Below are positions 17,296 through 26,286 of a stretch of 64,000 bases of DNA, one piece after another. Numbering within the stretch: the stretch's first letter is position 1; each line of letters starts with the position of its first letter. Source of the stretch: Chitinophagaceae bacterium UBA2791 (GTDB lineage: Bacteria; Bacteroidota; Bacteroidia; Chitinophagales; Chitinophagaceae); assembly GCA_002352105.1 (NCBI GenBank), contig DEHV01000080.1:5231-69230 (forward strand), read 5' to 3'. The position numbers and the translations under genes are program-made. Under the pieces are notes generated by a model. It ran no database searches. It was not told where the DNA came from and saw only the letters and a program-made list of their open reading frames with translations.

Positions 17296-17658
17296 GATTA
17301 AGAGCACCAGGCACGGTTCCTCCTCAATAGCGCTTAAAGCCGTTTTCGGGGATTCGCTTTTTCCTACCAAATTTCAGCCCCGGTTTTAATGATTCATTTC
17401 CATCTTATGGAATTCCGGACCCATCGTTGTATTTCAATTATTCGTTTATTGATATTCGTCAAATTGTCCGGCGTTACCGTTGCTGTCTGAACGCTGTAAA
17501 CTACATACTACCTGGTTTGGGATCGCAACCTAAGATACGCCGCCGTATAAAATAGGGCAAAAGCGTACCTCCTAAATCGTTAATTTTAATAAAGCGGATA
17601 TTATAAAAGACACGCCGCATGGCTTGCTTATCCTGCATCGTTTTCTACCTGAATAAAC

Positions 17659-18519
17659 ATGATTAAAAAAGCGCTAATGGGAAAAATTATATATCCTTAT
17701 CAGAATACTTCTCTAAAAGATTTATCGCAAGAGAAATGGAAAGATATTCCCGGCTTTGAGGGTCTATATCAGCTATCAAATTATGGCCGGATAAAATCCC
17801 TGGAAAGATGGATTGATACGGGCCGGTTTGATTCGCTAAAATCTGAAAGGATTGTTAAACCACGAATAGTTATATCTCCTAAGGGAGATGTTAGTTTACA
17901 GATGAAACTACATAAGGAACGAAAACGATATTGCTTTTCTGTAGCCCGATATGTATATTTTCTTTTTATAAATCCTTTTGATTTGGACGATCAGTCGCTC
18001 GTTGTCACTTTCAGGAATGGCGATCATTTATTCTTGCGCCATAAAAATCTGAAATTACAAACGCGCAGTGAAGTAGCCAAATCGGTCATTTATACCGGCA
18101 AACGCATAAGAAGATCCCAGTCAAACATCAAACCGGTAACGCAATACGATATGCAGGGGAAAAGAGTAGCCGTTTTTGAAAGTACCGTGGCTGCCGCGCA
18201 AGCGACCGGACATCACAAAAGCCTTATAAGCGGCGCTTTGTCTGGCTCCCTGCTCACCGCCGGAGGCTTTATCTGGAGAAAAGGCAAGGGGAAGTCCCGC
18301 ATTGACGCATCTGCTGTTCGGAAAAGGCTTGCTAAAAGACATCAGAGTAGCAGCAAAAAGGTAGCCCAATTCACCCTGAGAGGCCGGAAAATAGCCGTCT
18401 TCGCCAGTTTCGTAGAAGCGGCGAAAAAAGTGGGTGGAAGTCCCAAACAAATATCCCATGCCGCAAGAGGAATATCCTGGACTTCCTATGGGTATAAATG
18501 GGAACTAGAAGATGATTAA
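17659..18519 (+). CDS. NUMOD4 + 2x NUMOD1-like homing-endonuclease-related DNA-binding protein (HNH apparently degenerate)
   Basis: WKDIPGFEGLYQLSNYGRIKS is a NUMOD4 motif. Two C-terminal repeats, VTQYDMQGKRVAVFESTVAAAQATG..GGFIWRK and VAQFTLRGRKIAVFASFVEAAKKVG..YGYKWE, look NUMOD1/IENR-like. The gene is AT-rich. Confidence 0.55.
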   Translation: MIKKALMGKIIYPYQNTSLKDLSQEKWKDIPGFEGLYQLSNYGRIKSLERWIDTGRFDSLKSERIVKPRIVISPKGDVSLQMKLHKERKRYCFSVARYVYFLFINPFDLDDQSLVVTFRNGDHLFLRHKNLKLQTRSEVAKSVIYTGKRIRRSQSNIKPVTQYDMQGKRVAVFESTVAAAQATGHHKSLISGALSGSLLTAGGFIWRKGKGKSRIDASAVRKRLAKRHQSSSKKVAQFTLRGRKIAVFASFVEAAKKVGGSPKQISHAARGISWTSYGYKWELEDD

Positions 18520-18579
18520 TTTAAATAGTGAAAAAAGATTACGGCCTACCCTTTAGAATTTAGCCGTCGATCCGTTTCC

Positions 18580-19755
18580 CTATTTATTAAAATACTCCTT
18601 CAAAACTTCCTCCAAGACCGTTAGGTCATCATCATACCCCAATTGAACCGACTGAACATTATGGTAGATGAGAACCCCTTGCTTATCGATTAAAAAGTAC
18701 TGCGGAGAATAAGATATATTATACAGCGATTTCAGCGATGTTGTGTCCCGGTACGCTTCAATATCGCATGTCTGAAGCCATGGCATCGGGAGAGACTCCA
18801 ACCTTCGCCTCCATGTTGCTTCCTGAAGGTCAGTAGATATCCACAACAACTGCAACCCCTTGGCTGCATATGTTTTCGCGATTTCCCTGATATGTGGAAT
18901 ATGCCTGATACACGGAGCACAGCCGGAATGCCAGAACCCGATCAGCGCTAAGCCGGAACGATTAAGTTCAGATACGCGGTATAGCTTATGGTCGCTCGAA
19001 CGAAACCAGAAATCCGGCATCTTTCGACCGATACTCAAGCTTTTTAATATATCAAAATATTCCGAAACTTTACCTCCCAGTTGAGTCTTTCGAAGACTGG
19101 GATCAAATACAGAGAAAAGAGCGGACAGACTATCGGTGCTTATTAAAAAGTCATACATTACCCTCTCTTCGAAAATGGTCAAAGCGTAATAAGATGAAGC
19201 ATTTTCTTTTATAAAGTCAATTCTTCTTTTCTTCTCCTCGATATAAAGCCGATCATAAACTTCCTGCAAATAGTTTGTATCAAGACTCGTAGTTTTCACC
19301 TTTTTTGCGTACCGAAGGAGATTAAATATTTTTCGAGCAGAATCCTCAATGGATACAACAGTCTGCTGATAGTCGCGCTGCTCCTTCAGAAAGGGTATAT
19401 TTATAAATCTCGCTGCAGACCCTATCTGATCGCCGGCGACGCTTGAATCGATTGAAACTTCTGAGTTGCCCGGTTGAACAAAAAAAGTAAAAGACCATAA
19501 CGGTTCGCTCCCCTGGCGAATATCTAGATATACTTTCTCGTATTCCTGTTCCAGGTTTCCAGAAAAACTGAAAGCGCCATTTTTTATGCTAGTTATCGTA
19601 CGCTCTTTGTTCACAAAACGATACAGCGACGCTTCGGCGTTTTCGAAACGTTGAGGCGTCGCTCCATTAATAACAAACGACGATTGAGAGTACAACTCGA
19701 AATCCCATCCCAGCAATAATGTCGAGAGCAATAGCAGACGTAGGATCTTTTGCAT
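18580..19755 (-). CDS. TlpA-family thiol:disulfide oxidoreductase (thioredoxin fold) with N-terminal DUF4369-like domain
   Basis: Signal peptide, then the CxxC motif FWHSGCAPCIRHIP in a C-terminal redoxin domain. Confidence 0.75.
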   Translation of the reverse strand: MQKILRLLLLSTLLLGWDFELYSQSSFVINGATPQRFENAEASLYRFVNKERTITSIKNGAFSFSGNLEQEYEKVYLDIRQGSEPLWSFTFFVQPGNSEVSIDSSVAGDQIGSAARFINIPFLKEQRDYQQTVVSIEDSARKIFNLLRYAKKVKTTSLDTNYLQEVYDRLYIEEKKRRIDFIKENASSYYALTIFEERVMYDFLISTDSLSALFSVFDPSLRKTQLGGKVSEYFDILKSLSIGRKMPDFWFRSSDHKLYRVSELNRSGLALIGFWHSGCAPCIRHIPHIREIAKTYAAKGLQLLWISTDLQEATWRRRLESLPMPWLQTCDIEAYRDTTSLKSLYNISYSPQYFLIDKQGVLIYHNVQSVQLGYDDDLTVLEEVLKEYFNK

Positions 19756-19924
19756 TCGAGATGGTTTTTACATGATAAGGCGAATTATTACTGAAGCCTG
19801 ACGATGCATTTCTATCAAAACATCCCGATATACCTTTTGGGGCAACAGAGGACTAATATGCTCCGCCCCCGATTTTACAGGCTATAACAAAGCCATCGCC
19901 ATCATGAGATGCTATACCGTCTCC

Positions 19925-21289
19925 TTATCCCAATGCCGCTTTCGCCACGCGGAGGGTGTTGCCTCCGATAATTTTGCGGATGGTTTCGTCGGAGTAGCCC
20001 ATCTGCACCATGCCTACGGTGAACAGGGGCCAGTTGGTCCAGGCCATACTTTGCCGCATGGCTTCGGTTTCCTTATAATCATCGGGGGGCCAGAGGGCTT
20101 CCCACCGGGTTCTTGAAGAAGGCCTTGGAGCGGTTATTTTCTTTCCTTCTTCCGCTGCATACTGGGAACGATGACCATAATCTGTGCCTATCGCGACATG
20201 ATCGCTTCCGAATTTTTTTACGACATAATCGATATGTTTCATCATCGCGGCGATATCGCCGGAACCGCCAAGAAAACGCGGTATGCAGCAAATGCCGATA
20301 TAGCCGCCGGTATCGGCGATCGCGCGGATCACATTATCGGGTTTGGAGCGGATATGTTTGTTTATGGAAGCTACCGTAGTATGGCTCGCAACCATTGGCC
20401 GCTGCGATACCTGAGCGGCTTCCAGGCTGGTCTGCCAGCCGGAGTGCGCGATGTCGACGATCACGCCCACCTTGTTCATCTCTTTTACCACGGCGCGGCC
20501 GAAATCGCTGAGCCCGCCATTGGCAGGCTCAGCACAACCGTCGCCGATCACATTGCGGCGATTATAGGTAAGATGCATCATCCGGATGCCAAGCTGGAAA
20601 AATATACGGATATACCGCAGCTCTTCTTCTACTGAAACCCATTCCTGCGGCAGGGGAACGCCATTGCCCGTAAAATACAGCGCATGACGATTCTCTTTTT
20701 TTGCGTGCAGGATATCATCCGGAGTTGCCGCCTTGCTGAGAAAGCCGCGCAGCATATCCGTGGTATAGGTAAACCGCGCAAGGCGTTTGAGCAGGCGCTT
20801 GATCTCGTTGCCTTCTTCGCCTGCATTCTGGATAACGCAGGTAACGCCCGAAGCCTTGAACGCGTTCTCCAGCTCCTCTCTTTCCCGCTGGCTGATCACG
20901 TACCGGGTCATAGACATTTCTTCCTGCAGGTCCTGCATTTCGAGCTGAGAAGCATGATCGCCAAGCGCTTTATTGAGGATGGCGCCATCATGGGCGGCGG
21001 TGGGTATAAATCCATAGGTATCGATCACCACGGAGTTCCGGTGCAATTCCAACCCATGCTCTAATTGTCTTTTTGTAGGCTTTAAAATATTTAATCCCCT
21101 GTCAAATGCTTCCTTGATCTTATCGGTCATCTTAAACGGGCTATCGGTAATATTTTGGGAGGCGACGGGCTGACGAAGCTTGCTTTTATCATTGTCCGTG
21201 GCTAATGTAAATCCGCTCAGCGCTCCGCCGGCCGCGGTCAGGCCAGCCAAACCAGTCAATTTTAGAAAATCTCTTCTTTTGTTTTTCAT
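19925..21289 (-). CDS. Membrane dipeptidase (peptidase M19) with Tat signal
   Basis: The twin-arginine signal is MKNKRRDFLKLTGLAGLTAAGG. M19 motifs are HLTYNRRN, DIAHSG, ASHTT and IGTDYG. Confidence 0.85.
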   Translation of the reverse strand: MKNKRRDFLKLTGLAGLTAAGGALSGFTLATDNDKSKLRQPVASQNITDSPFKMTDKIKEAFDRGLNILKPTKRQLEHGLELHRNSVVIDTYGFIPTAAHDGAILNKALGDHASQLEMQDLQEEMSMTRYVISQREREELENAFKASGVTCVIQNAGEEGNEIKRLLKRLARFTYTTDMLRGFLSKAATPDDILHAKKENRHALYFTGNGVPLPQEWVSVEEELRYIRIFFQLGIRMMHLTYNRRNVIGDGCAEPANGGLSDFGRAVVKEMNKVGVIVDIAHSGWQTSLEAAQVSQRPMVASHTTVASINKHIRSKPDNVIRAIADTGGYIGICCIPRFLGGSGDIAAMMKHIDYVVKKFGSDHVAIGTDYGHRSQYAAEEGKKITAPRPSSRTRWEALWPPDDYKETEAMRQSMAWTNWPLFTVGMVQMGYSDETIRKIIGGNTLRVAKAALG

Positions 21290-21334
21290 GACATTGACAG
21301 GGGATTAAAATTGGTTGATCCGGATATAGGCAGA

Positions 21335-22411
21335 TTAATATTTCGCGGCAAAATCGCTCTGATATTCGTTGATCTCAGCATCTGTCAGGTGCTTGCCGGA
21401 GCTGATGATTATCCTGTACCTGAGAGTCAGCGAGCCTCCTGCGGGAAGGCTGAAATTCAGCTCTTCCTTACCCTTGGTAAAATCCTTGGCGCCAAAGGGG
21501 TTTGCAGAAAACAACCCGTATCCGCGGGCATGCCAGAATGTAGGATAGTTAAGGTTCTTGGGATGATCGCAGATGACCACGGAAATGTTCTCAGCGCCGA
21601 TATTGCCATAGAGATCCATCCATTTGGCGCGTGTGCTCCACACCGCATCGCCCTGGACGCCTTCGCTGCTCCTGTAATTTCCGGACACTCCGTCATTATT
21701 CATGGCTTTTACTACAGTAGGGTTGCCCTGCGCATCGCTGAGCGTGACTTCTTCCTTGGAAGGAAGCTCAAGCTGGCGCGCAACGCGAAGACCGAAGCTG
21801 CCTTCCTTGGTGTCCTTAAAAGATACCGCTTCGCCCTTGGCGGTCAGGGTAGCCACCCTATCGATGATACGAATTGAATCCTTCGCAATAAAATAGAATA
21901 CCGTCTTTTCATCCAATACTTCCTTTCCTGTGGAGTCCAACCAAACAGAGGTAGTCGTCATGTGTCCCTCTCCGTTACCTTCAGTCAGCTCGCCGATGCT
22001 AAGCGGTTTTATTTCGCCGCCATTGGCGTTTCTTTTTCCATTGGAACCATTACCCCAGAAATCGGTTCCATTCACATCGCCATAGGTAAGCCAGTTCCCG
22101 GCCTGATGGCGGTGGTCATTACGCTCGCCATCCCTGGGCTGCAGCGGGTAACCGCGGGTGATCTCTGTTCCGGAGGCGGCATTGATCGGGTAGAGCACCG
22201 GCTTATATATCGAATCGGACAGGGGCTGCCGGTAAGAGGTAAACAATTTGCCATCTACCAGAACATCGACCTTGAGACTGGCATCATCCTTTACAAAACT
22301 GATCTTCGGTCCCCCGGCATTGGCGTCCTCTGCAGAAGAATTGGCGGCGTCTCCGCAGGCTCCGAGCAAAACGCTGCCAGACAATAATGCGGAAACAACA
22401 ACCGACTTCAT
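21335..22411 (-). CDS. PmoA-like (DUF6807) family protein, lipoprotein
   Basis: The start is taken at the internal ATG, giving MKSVVVSALLSGSVLLGACGD (lipobox). YPLQPRDGERNDHRHQAGNW and HPKNLNYPTFWHARGYGLFSANPFG are typical of the family, which usually sits next to Gfo/Idh/MocA genes. Confidence 0.7.
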   Translation of the reverse strand: MKSVVVSALLSGSVLLGACGDAANSSAEDANAGGPKISFVKDDASLKVDVLVDGKLFTSYRQPLSDSIYKPVLYPINAASGTEITRGYPLQPRDGERNDHRHQAGNWLTYGDVNGTDFWGNGSNGKRNANGGEIKPLSIGELTEGNGEGHMTTTSVWLDSTGKEVLDEKTVFYFIAKDSIRIIDRVATLTAKGEAVSFKDTKEGSFGLRVARQLELPSKEEVTLSDAQGNPTVVKAMNNDGVSGNYRSSEGVQGDAVWSTRAKWMDLYGNIGAENISVVICDHPKNLNYPTFWHARGYGLFSANPFGAKDFTKGKEELNFSLPAGGSLTLRYRIIISSGKHLTDAEINEYQSDFAAKY

Positions 22412-22558
22412 TGCAAAATATCTTTCTGACGAACGGACATACGACGCGATAGCGCCCCGTTGTTCATCTCCCTGGGTATTTAATTGTTCAATGCTGGATC
22501 TCATAATTAATTTTTAAAAATGAAAATCTAAAAATAAGAAATATTTAACCAGTATGGG

Positions 22559-23938
22559 CTATACTTCATTCGGAACAACATAGGGCGGGCGATAAGAACG
22601 GGTCAGCATAGCGTCGGCCTGCGGATCGTTTACAAATCGCTCCGTATCCAGGTCGCCGCCCATGAAACCAAGGCTACGCTTAAGCCTGTAGGATATGTTC
22701 GCCATCAGTGGTAACGCGGAGGAATAAACGCCCTCGTGGATATCGCAGGTCAGCGTTTCGTTTTTCCCGTCGCGGATAGCTTCTATAAAATTCTGGTAAT
22801 GGCCGCCGCCGCCCGGCGCAGCCCGGAATGAGGGATCGGCCGGCTGGTCCGCTTTCTTTTTCGATCCGGCAAAAGGTTCGGTTTCGCGTTTCCGGAAAGC
22901 TTTCCAGGTTTCGCCATTCAATTCGAGATATCCCTCCGTTCCAAAAAACAGGTTCCCTACCCGGATATCAAGGCTCGACTCTCCATTGGAATAACGGCCG
23001 CGGGTTTCAAACTCCAGGGTTTTGCCGTCTTCATAGGTAAACAGGGAAGTTTGCGTATTGGGCGTTTCCTGGGCGCATTCTTTCGGATCGATGCCATAAA
23101 CCCCGCCGGTGGAATAGACAGAGACCGGGTGTTCATTTTTATTCAACCCCCAACGGGCGATATCAAACTGGTGAGGACCCTGGTTGCCAGTGTCTCCATT
23201 ACCGGTATCCCAGAACCAATGCCAGTTATAATGACCGCGTTTTTCGTTGTAGGGGCGATAACTGGCGGGCCCCAACCACCTGTCGTAGTGAAGCGTAGGC
23301 GGCGGCGCGCTGTCCTTCGCAATACCAAAAGAATCGCGAGGCTTTATACAAAGTCCTCTGGCCATGTACACATCTCCAATGCCTCCGTCATGCAGGAACT
23401 TAATGGCTTCCCTAACGCCGGTCAGCGAGCGGTTCTGAAATCCTACCTGTACGCGCACATTGTATTTACGGGCGGCTTCGATCATCTTACGTCCTTCCCA
23501 GATATTGTGATTGGAAGGTTTTTCCACATATACATGCTTGCCGGCCTGGCAGGCCCATATCGTTCCCAAAGCATGCCAGTGGTTAGGCGTAGCCATAGAA
23601 ACCGCGTCGATCTCTTTGTCGTCAAACACTTTTCGCATATCCCATTCCATTACCGGTTTGGTTCCGGTTTTGGCCGTTACGGTTTTAACGCCCTCGGCCC
23701 AGAATTTCTCATCCACATCGCACAATGTTTTTAAACGCACATTCTGGTTGTCCTTCATCGAGCAGAAACTGCTGATATGCGAGGTTCCCCTTCCGCTAAT
23801 GCCGATAACGGCAACTGTCAGCCGCGCATTAGCGCCCATTATGGAACCATACGATTTGGCGCTGAAGCCCATTCCGCCGATCATTACGCCGGCGGTTCCC
23901 AGAACGCTTTTCCTGATAAAGTTTCTTCTATCTTGCAT
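22559..23938 (-). CDS. Gfo/Idh/MocA family oxidoreductase with Tat signal
   Basis: The twin-arginine signal is MQDRRNFIRKSVLGTAGVMIGG. The Rossmann motif is VAVIGISGRG. EKP and NWHWFWDTGNGD motifs fit the secreted Gfo/Idh/MocA subgroup. Confidence 0.9.
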   Translation of the reverse strand: MQDRRNFIRKSVLGTAGVMIGGMGFSAKSYGSIMGANARLTVAVIGISGRGTSHISSFCSMKDNQNVRLKTLCDVDEKFWAEGVKTVTAKTGTKPVMEWDMRKVFDDKEIDAVSMATPNHWHALGTIWACQAGKHVYVEKPSNHNIWEGRKMIEAARKYNVRVQVGFQNRSLTGVREAIKFLHDGGIGDVYMARGLCIKPRDSFGIAKDSAPPPTLHYDRWLGPASYRPYNEKRGHYNWHWFWDTGNGDTGNQGPHQFDIARWGLNKNEHPVSVYSTGGVYGIDPKECAQETPNTQTSLFTYEDGKTLEFETRGRYSNGESSLDIRVGNLFFGTEGYLELNGETWKAFRKRETEPFAGSKKKADQPADPSFRAAPGGGGHYQNFIEAIRDGKNETLTCDIHEGVYSSALPLMANISYRLKRSLGFMGGDLDTERFVNDPQADAMLTRSYRPPYVVPNEV

Positions 23939-23986
23939 TTTACATATTTTATATGATGAATGTCTGAACGCTGCCGCCCATTCCGC

Positions 23987-26170
23987 CTACTGAGCCCAGC
24001 TGCGCAGCATATCGGCAACGCTTTTATCAGAAGCCTCTACAATAATGTTTAATTGATTATCGGCATTTTTACCGGCATAGGCCGACCTGACAATGCTATA
24101 TGCTTCTTTCGCTTTTTCCGCATCGATGGCCTTCCCTTCTCCATCTTTCACATTCACGATGCTCAACTTTCTCGGAGCGAGGCTTGCAGCCAGATCAGGA
24201 AGATCATAAGCTTTTAACGCCCCGGCAACGCTGCTGTACACATACCGGGCGTTATAAAAACGATTAGATACCATTGAGTGATAAGATGAGTAGGGCGATA
24301 CCAGCGCAACGCGTGAGATGGTTTGATCAAAAGCGGCGGCATGCAACAACACGGGCGACAGTTCATTGTCTGCCAGCGCATACACATCCGTGATCGCCGT
24401 ATTATTTTTTAGGGTCTGCGCCAGCCTCACAACATCCCCGGCCCGCAACCCCACAATGCTCCTGTTTACCAGGATCGATGCAAACCATATATTGTAAGAG
24501 ATACCCTTGATGAAGGCATCGCCGCGGAAATCGCCCGCCCCCGTTTCTCCGATACCCAGCAGATCCGGGGCGAGTACGGTAAACCCCTGCTGAACAAAGG
24601 ATTCTATTTCGCCCCCCTCGCCCGCTGCTGCTGCTTTTCCTGCGGAGTGCAGATAGAGCAGCGCCTTATTGTTTGGTTTGTCGGGAATCATCAGCACGTA
24701 GGGAATAGTATAGTCGCCATATCCTTTGATAAAATATTTCTCCATCACATAGCCCCCGGGTTTACGCGTTCTCCCGGCAAATGCAGGTTCATTGGCATTT
24801 CCGGGAGCCTGGTATCCTGAGAGTTCCTTTGCTGCCGCTACTATGGAAGGCAAATGTGTTGCAAGGTCTTTTCTTGAGGCGTTAAGACGTTCTTCGCGTT
24901 CCATCGCCTGTCGGCGGGTCAGCGTAAAAATGGTTTCTGCATTTTTAATAGAAGTATGTACCTGACCCGTAGCGGTAACCTGGAGTTCCCTGGTTAAGGG
25001 TTCAATAGGAATATCTGCATTACTGCCGGGATTCTTTAAGTGTTTTTGGAAAAACGCGTACATCGCCATCCTGTTTTTTTCGGTAGAAGCATGGCCTTCG
25101 TCATCCTCCGCAATGCCCAGGTTCTCTTCTTTACCGTAAGCCTTAAATGCTGCAGAAGCTTCTTTCACCGCTTCCCTGGCGCCCTGTATGCTAAAAAAAT
25201 CGCGGGTAGGCGCAATTACCAGCGTAGGTTTTGGCGCGCGAACCGCTAAAAAATCGGCATGGTCTATCCCACGCGCGATCTCATGCGTAAAATTCTGCTC
25301 GGCGTCTTGCGGGCCAATCGTATTCATCAACCGCGAAAAGCTGGTGATATACGATTCAGGCGCAGCCGCATATACCCTTTCATCTATGGCGGCGATATAG
25401 GCAGACTGCGTTCCGCCGCCGGAGCGTCCGGTGATGCCGATCCTGGAGGGATCTACTTCTTTACGGGTAACCACATAATCGATGGCCCTGATGCCATCCC
25501 ATATCATATGCATGGCCTGGGAAGAGCCCGCGATAAAGGCCTGGGCGCCCGGGTAAGAATGCCCTGTAGTGGCGCCGCCGGCGCCCGATTTGGCCGCAGC
25601 TTCATCGGCATATTCCAAACGCTCGCCCTGCGCTACCGGGTCAAAGGCAAACACCACAAATCCTTTTTTTACGAGGTTGGTATACATTTGCTGGTATGCT
25701 TTTACGCGATACCCTTCATTGGAATGCCCGCTGCAAAAGATGATGACCGGCGCCTTGCCTTTCAGTTTTGCGGGAATAAACAATGAAGAACTAACATAAA
25801 AACCAGGTTGCGACTCATAAAGGATATTTTCGATCCTGTAATCGCCCTTATCGAATTTACCGGTGATCTTGGCGTTTAAAGGCGTTCGCTGCGGAAAGGG
25901 CCCCACGATCTCTTCAAAGATCTTACGCAGGCTTTGCTGCCGCTGCTGCCAATCGGACAAACTGCTTAACGCTTCTACCTCCGCCTTTCTTTTGGCCAGC
26001 ATCGCATCGGCCTCGCGCAGGAAATAATGATACAGGGAGTTTTTAGCGTCGGTAAACCCTAACCAGCCGCGTATTACATCGGCATCCTGCTGCTGAGCCT
26101 GTGTGGGGCCGACACATATCAACCCTGTCAGTACAAGGCAACAAACTGCTTTCACTGCCCTTGCAGACAT
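23987..26170 (-). CDS. Secreted alpha/beta hydrolase (acetylxylan-esterase / prolyl-oligopeptidase-like)
   Basis: A signal peptide follows the internal ATG at 26170. The nucleophile elbow is GITGRSGGG, and a second alpha/beta-like half lies at the C-terminus. Confidence 0.7.
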   Translation of the reverse strand: MSARAVKAVCCLVLTGLICVGPTQAQQQDADVIRGWLGFTDAKNSLYHYFLREADAMLAKRKAEVEALSSLSDWQQRQQSLRKIFEEIVGPFPQRTPLNAKITGKFDKGDYRIENILYESQPGFYVSSSLFIPAKLKGKAPVIIFCSGHSNEGYRVKAYQQMYTNLVKKGFVVFAFDPVAQGERLEYADEAAAKSGAGGATTGHSYPGAQAFIAGSSQAMHMIWDGIRAIDYVVTRKEVDPSRIGITGRSGGGTQSAYIAAIDERVYAAAPESYITSFSRLMNTIGPQDAEQNFTHEIARGIDHADFLAVRAPKPTLVIAPTRDFFSIQGAREAVKEASAAFKAYGKEENLGIAEDDEGHASTEKNRMAMYAFFQKHLKNPGSNADIPIEPLTRELQVTATGQVHTSIKNAETIFTLTRRQAMEREERLNASRKDLATHLPSIVAAAKELSGYQAPGNANEPAFAGRTRKPGGYVMEKYFIKGYGDYTIPYVLMIPDKPNNKALLYLHSAGKAAAAGEGGEIESFVQQGFTVLAPDLLGIGETGAGDFRGDAFIKGISYNIWFASILVNRSIVGLRAGDVVRLAQTLKNNTAITDVYALADNELSPVLLHAAAFDQTISRVALVSPYSSYHSMVSNRFYNARYVYSSVAGALKAYDLPDLAASLAPRKLSIVNVKDGEGKAIDAEKAKEAYSIVRSAYAGKNADNQLNIIVEASDKSVADMLRSWAQ

Positions 26171-26286
26171 TCTTATCGGCCGGGAAAAGGAGTATATCAT
26201 TTCATCATTTTTTTGGCTAAATCAGTTAAAGAACAAAGCCTCTCCGAAAATAAATTTTCGAAAGAGGCCTTGTAAGATAACTAAAA

